Shown: positions 59,815-64,000 of the stretch, piece after piece | Position numbering within the stretch: the first letter of the stretch is position 1 | Layout: the number at the start of each line of letters is the position of its first letter | Source of the DNA: a virus | Direction: 5' to 3' (one strand) | IMG/VR virus record: IMGVR_UViG_3300023174_009221 | Length of the DNA stretch: 64,000 nucleotides | The notes under the pieces: model-generated | What the model was told of the DNA's origin: nothing | Databases searched by the model: none | What the model saw: the letters and a program-made list of their open reading frames with translations, nothing else | Program-made: the position numbers and the translations under genes

Positions 59815-60027
59815 TTAACCACCAAATACATCAGTGACTCTACCAAAGCTGACTCTAAAGTTTAGTCGTCTTGCATCAACTGACATATCCAACATGTGTT
59901 GTATTCCATCAGTTTCTACTATTCTGACTACAAATCCACCATCATTTGCCCATTTGGTGGCATCTTCTATTGTTTTTCCGACATATTCTTCTTTAGATAT
60001 AATTCCAGAATTTCTTAATTGTTCCAT
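59815..60027 (-). CDS. potato inhibitor I / I78-like protease inhibitor fold protein
   Basis: EYVGKTIEDA..VRIV..G..MLDM....RRLNFRV..GRV....G pattern. Confidence 0.6.
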   Translation of the reverse strand: MEQLRNSGIISKEEYVGKTIEDATKWANDGGFVVRIVETDGIQHMLDMSVDARRLNFRVSFGRVTDVFGG

Positions 60028-60068
60028 AATAATTTTTTTTAATATATATCTAAAAAAGACGGTAAGTT

Positions 60069-60329
60069 ATGCCATCAGTATCAAAAAAACAACAAAGACT
60101 TATGGGAATGGCTTATGCTTGGGCTAAGGGCGAAATGCCAGGGGCTTCAAAATCAGTAAAGGATCTAGCCAACTCTTTTCTAAAAGGCAGTGACAAAAAG
60201 AAACCAGCTAAAGACTCCAATACCTATAGGAGAAGGTTGAAAAAACTAAGAGATTTTGCAGCAACAAAACATGATAATCTTCCTGAAAAAGTTTCAGAGA
60301 ATCACATTCTAAGATTTACAGAGTTCTAA
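60069..60329 (+). CDS. DUF3008-like small basic late protein
   Basis: MPSVSKKQQRLMGMA..LRDFAATKHDNLPEKV; TTAATATATA at 60039-60048. Confidence 0.7.
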   Translation: MPSVSKKQQRLMGMAYAWAKGEMPGASKSVKDLANSFLKGSDKKKPAKDSNTYRRRLKKLRDFAATKHDNLPEKVSENHILRFTEF

Positions 60330-60566
60330 CTATTTCGACTCTGGTTTTAATCCCCTATCTCCAATTAATTTCATTTTTCTCCCGTCGCTCCATATAAAGG
60401 CCTCATTGGGTGAAATCATCTGAAATGAATCACATTCAACATATGTTACGGTGTAGTTAATGTTATCACCTTGGCAAACACCAATTGTAAAATTTTTTTT
60501 CCTTCTCGGGCCTACACAAGAAAAAAATGTAGATAGAATCACCAATACGAATAAACTTTTTTTCAT
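60330..60566 (-). CDS. small lipoprotein
   Basis: MKKSLFVLVILSTFFSC signal peptide with lipobox-type Cys. Confidence 0.7.
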   Translation of the reverse strand: MKKSLFVLVILSTFFSCVGPRRKKNFTIGVCQGDNINYTVTYVECDSFQMISPNEAFIWSDGRKMKLIGDRGLKPESK

Positions 60567-60576
60567 ATATTATACT

Positions 60577-60690
60577 TTAAGCAGTTTTGTTTTTATGTTT
60601 TTCTTTTCTGGAGTATGTTTTCTTACTTTTCTCAATTTGAGGTCGAGTTGCTGCCCAGATTTCTTGAAGAGTAAGTTGAATTGTTTTCAT
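60577..60690 (-). CDS. 37-aa ArfA-like basic peptide (MKTIQLTLQEIWAATRPQIEKSKKTYSRKEKHKNKTA)
   Basis: Below the ORF-track cutoff; own -7 TATCTTTG at 60711-60718; R..IEK.KK..Y.RK.KH pattern. Confidence 0.6.
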   Translation of the reverse strand: MKTIQLTLQEIWAATRPQIEKSKKTYSRKEKHKNKTA

Positions 60691-60779
60691 TTGTTCTACT
60701 TTTAATTATTCAAAGATAGTAAATTTTTCTTAGATAAAAAAAAATAAAAAAAAATAAGAAATTTTTTATATATAGTCAT

Positions 60780-62411
60780 ATGAGATATTTAAAATTATAT
60801 GAGGCCTTTTCTTCCAAGGGCATTTCTAAAACTATAAATTTTTTATCACAAAAAATATCAAGTCAATCGAAAGAAAAATTCTTAGAAGATCTAAAAGAAT
60901 TTATGCAAAATTCAGATTATCCGCTAAATAAATTAACGGATGACTTTATACAATATCTACCGTTCAAAAAGGCTATTTTATTAAAAAATGACAAAGATGT
61001 GTCCAACAGAAAGGGTATCTGGGTAATTAAATATTGGTTTTCAGTTGAAAATGGCTATTTAGGATATACCGCAACAGGAAATAAAACATACACCTTTCGA
61101 GAACCAAAAACAATCCATAACAGCCCAAATAGAAAAGACCCACCCTTCACTAATCGAGAGTTAGACTATATCAAAAAAAATATTACAGAAACCGGTATAA
61201 TCTGCAGAGTAACAGACTATAGTAAATTAAAAACCGGTCAAGTTGTAATTGGTATATTTGGTGGTGACATTGCGATAGCTACTGTTTATGTTGATAACAG
61301 AGATAGAGTCTACGCCATACAGAATGTAGCATCTGGTTCGTATCCATCAGACTCAGGTTGGCGTGAATACACAGAATACGGTGACCAATCTTGGTATATT
61401 TATGAACCAAGAACTATACCAGATGACCACGAAAAGCTTACTTTTTATACACCAGGTGATGAACCACTAAGATATGAAGAAAAAGAAGAGCCATCGCAAT
61501 CAGAAAATCTGTCTCATCTGAATTGGAATTTACCTTTAGACTATAATTTTAACCAAGTAATATGGTCTGACTCTGATATGAACTCCATTTCAAGTTATAA
61601 AGAAGTTAGTAATGCTGACTTTGCTTTAGTTTTAATGTATGATGATTTATTGAATCCGGATGTAGATGCTCCCACTTTTGAGCCAGTATCGGATATCAAA
61701 AAATTTAGAGAGGAGTCAAAATCTGGGTCAACTCACTTTATGACAGATGAAGAGATAGCTAAGTCTAATTATAACAGATTAATGGATAGGTTAATTTCTA
61801 TTTATGGTCTGGAATTGAAATCTCAAGAGCAGGATTTATTGAATTTACAAAAATTATTTTCCACTTTTTTATGTGGAGAAAAAATCCTTTACAGTTTAAT
61901 TGCAGGCGAACCAGACACTGAAAATATTTATCGGTTTGAACAAAATATAAAATATTTGATAACATGTGAAGATGATGAGGAATCAAAAAAGTGGGCCTTT
62001 GAAAAAGTCAAAAAAAGCTTTTTTTCATATAAAGAGGAATCAAAAAAATATGTTGATAGATTTTCTGGATCTTTAAAAAGAGTTCAGGACGAGGGCGACG
62101 AAGAAACGATTGAAATTTTTGATAAACTATCAAAACTAAGTAAAAAGATTTTACAACTTATTTTTATAAAACCCGTAACAACTCTTAATGAATTAAGATA
62201 CTTACTGTCTAAAATATACAGTATAACTTATTACTACTCAAAAACCGATAAATCAAGAGGCCTTTACAAAGTATTCAGTAATATAAAATTTAATGATAGT
62301 GACGTATCAGATGGTATAGGTATAATGGCAAAAAGAACGCAAGTAGAAATAGAAGAAGACAGAAAATTCGTTGACGAATTAGAAAAATACATTTTACAGC
62401 TGTTAGGTTAA
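60780..62411 (+). CDS. tagged late protein (MRYLKLYEAF)
   Basis: TTTATATATA 5 nt upstream; 543-aa ORF. Confidence 0.75.
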   Translation: MRYLKLYEAFSSKGISKTINFLSQKISSQSKEKFLEDLKEFMQNSDYPLNKLTDDFIQYLPFKKAILLKNDKDVSNRKGIWVIKYWFSVENGYLGYTATGNKTYTFREPKTIHNSPNRKDPPFTNRELDYIKKNITETGIICRVTDYSKLKTGQVVIGIFGGDIAIATVYVDNRDRVYAIQNVASGSYPSDSGWREYTEYGDQSWYIYEPRTIPDDHEKLTFYTPGDEPLRYEEKEEPSQSENLSHLNWNLPLDYNFNQVIWSDSDMNSISSYKEVSNADFALVLMYDDLLNPDVDAPTFEPVSDIKKFREESKSGSTHFMTDEEIAKSNYNRLMDRLISIYGLELKSQEQDLLNLQKLFSTFLCGEKILYSLIAGEPDTENIYRFEQNIKYLITCEDDEESKKWAFEKVKKSFFSYKEESKKYVDRFSGSLKRVQDEGDEETIEIFDKLSKLSKKILQLIFIKPVTTLNELRYLLSKIYSITYYYSKTDKSRGLYKVFSNIKFNDSDVSDGIGIMAKRTQVEIEEDRKFVDELEKYILQLLG

Positions 62412-62842
62412 ATACCCCTTTGTGACTCTCTTTTCAAATCTCGTTCTTTTATAGTTTGTCTTTTATCCCATAATTTTTTTCCTTTAACAACCCCAATTTT
62501 TAATTTTATTTTGTTGTTTTTTATAAATATTTGAAGTGGAACACAAGTAACACCGTTATCTGAAAAAAGTTTGGAGATTTTTAAAATCTGAGACTTGGTG
62601 AGTAACAATTTTTTTTGTCTGTTTTCATCATGAGTATCAGCAAAATGTTGTTGTTTGTATCTACTGACTTTGAAATTTTTTATCCACAATTCTCCGTTAT
62701 TAAAAAATATATATGAATCAGTTAGATTAACACCACCCAAACGAATAGACTTTACTTCGGTGCCTATTAATATAATACCAGCATCAAATTCTTCAATGAT
62801 TTGATATTCAAAATAAGCCTTTCTATTGTTTGCTAAATTCAT
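62408..62842 (-). CDS. smpB: SsrA-binding protein SmpB
   Basis: NRKAYFEY, AGIILIGTEVKSIR, KKLLL, KGKKLWDKRQTIKERD. Confidence 0.95.
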   Translation of the reverse strand: MNLANNRKAYFEYQIIEEFDAGIILIGTEVKSIRLGGVNLTDSYIFFNNGELWIKNFKVSRYKQQHFADTHDENRQKKLLLTKSQILKISKLFSDNGVTCVPLQIFIKNNKIKLKIGVVKGKKLWDKRQTIKERDLKRESQRGI

Positions 62843-62847
62843 AAATA

Positions 62848-62878
62848 CAAAGATAAATAGAATTTCTTAAACAACAAA
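62848..62878 (-). promoter_or_regulatory. Bacteroidota-type promoter (TTTG-N19-TATCTTTG) for smpB
   Basis: Consensus match ending 5 nt before the ATG. Confidence 0.75.
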
Positions 62879-62894
62879 CCGTAAATATATGCAA

Positions 62895-63236
62895 TTAAAG
62901 ATACTTGTCTAAAATTTCCACTAATTTATCCTTCTGAAAACTACCAATAATTTTAACAGGGTTTCCCTCTTCATTTAAAATTGGATTTCCAGCTTTATAA
63001 AAAAGAATAGTTGGGACATTTCTGACTGATAGAGTTTTTAACAACTCACTACACTCGTCAGCATTTAATTTACCACACCAGACTCTGCCTTGATATTGTG
63101 AAGAGACTTCGTCTATAATTGGAGCAATTGTTTTACAAGGACCACACCAAGGGGCCCAGATATCTATAAGACTAAAATCATTTTTAGTGAAACTTTCAAA
63201 GTTTCCTTCATTCAATTCTGTTATGTAAGCCATCAT
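62895..63236 (-). CDS. trxA: thioredoxin
   Basis: WAPWCGPCK, KLNAD, VRNVPT. Confidence 0.92.
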   Translation of the reverse strand: MMAYITELNEGNFESFTKNDFSLIDIWAPWCGPCKTIAPIIDEVSSQYQGRVWCGKLNADECSELLKTLSVRNVPTILFYKAGNPILNEEGNPVKIIGSFQKDKLVEILDKYL

Positions 63237-63251
63237 AATTTATTTATTTTT

Positions 63252-64000
63252 TTAAAAAGGTAATTTGTTTTGTTCGTTAACTACCCCATCATTATATTTA
63301 TTAGGATCTAAAATGTTTCCTACTTTATTTCTTGTATCATTTACAATTTCTCTGCGAACAGATAATTCCAAAAGTAACAAGTTTTGAGAATCCAGTTCAA
63401 TTTCACTAATTTTATGTTTTTCTAAAATTGAAATAGCAACCAGGGGATCGTGTTGGTAAATTTCTAAAACCGATTTCACAATTTTAATCTGCTCTGAAAG
63501 TTTCAAACCCTTTAAGTTTTTTATTGAATTTGGTGCATATCTACCCAATCTATTTAGTAATTCTAGATCTGAATTATCAGGACGACAGTCTACATAATCA
63601 GTATCAGAAAAGAAAAAATAAAGTTTTTTCCAAAGTTCGACAAACTCAGGATTATTGTAAACATTTCTCATATAAAATAAAAACTCATTAGAAGTGTAAA
63701 TGCTCCCAAGATTAGTATCCTGGAATAAATTCATTGTCTCCTTTTCATCTTTTAGGTCAAGCGCGTATATCTCAGAGTTGACCCCATACGCCTCTAATAT
63801 AAATTCTTCTACTAGTTTATCACGACGTATATTAAAATATTGTTCTAAAATCTTAGAATAAGTCTGAAATAAATCATGGTATCTTTTTTTGAATTTTAAT
63901 TTAATCGTATCTCCGAACCTCCAATAGTGGCAGTATCTTAATAAATCTATTTCAAATTTATCTAACTGACATTGTAACTCCTGCTGTTTTTTTACAATTC
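63252..64000 (-). CDS. 3' part of a hypothetical protein starting beyond the right edge
   Basis: The frame of the 160-aa track ORF stays open from 63734 to the window end (IVKKQQELQCQLDKFE...DLKDEKETMNLFQ). Confidence 0.75.
   Translation of the reverse strand, partial: IVKKQQELQCQLDKFEIDLLRYCHYWRFGDTIKLKFKKRYHDLFQTYSKILEQYFNIRRDKLVEEFILEAYGVNSEIYALDLKDEKETMNLFQDTNLGSIYTSNEFLFYMRNVYNNPEFVELWKKLYFFFSDTDYVDCRPDNSDLELLNRLGRYAPNSIKNLKGLKLSEQIKIVKSVLEIYQHDPLVAISILEKHKISEIELDSQNLLLLELSVRREIVNDTRNKVGNILDPNKYNDGVVNEQNKLPF

Noticed and set aside
62408-62895. tmRNA gene next to smpB
   Set aside because: No intergenic space and no tRNA-like ssrA ends seen; it may lie outside the window

Overview
AT-rich (~30% GC, estimated by eye), densely coded segment of what looks like a huge/jumbo T4-like phage of a Bacteroidota host, not a cellular chromosome. 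Phage evidence: T4-type gp13- and gp14-like neck proteins, a gp3/gp19-fold tail protein, gp32-type SSB and two long fibre proteins. Host evidence: Bacteroidota -33 TTTG / -7 TAnnTTTG promoters, a DUF2452-like gene and no obvious Shine-Dalgarno sites. Host-like genes include grpE, dnaJ, an N-domain-less clpC, nrdB, an IMPDH/GMP reductase, cysC, gmd, fcl, smpB, thioredoxin, tRNA-fMet and tRNA-Ser. There are also two DNA methyltransferases, a free-standing homing-type nuclease and a LAGLIDADG intein inside an Fe-S flavoprotein. Main leads: (1) about ten otherwise unrelated proteins share an N-terminal M-K-Y-[IL]-K-x-[FY]-x(0-3)-E tag and mostly sit behind one TTAATATATA motif, suggesting a capsid-targeting/virion cargo system; (2) a phage glycan-and-sulfation apparatus (PAPS supply, two sulfotransferases, GDP-fucose pathway, several glycosyltransferases) sits beside Cys-rich and Ser/Thr-Gly-rich fibres; (3) an unannotated 37-aa ArfA-like peptide lies near smpB; (4) a promoter-preceded structured RNA candidate abuts the nuclease gene; (5) three distinct promoter classes, with many apparently leaderless genes. 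All calls come from motif recognition by eye; no database searches were run.
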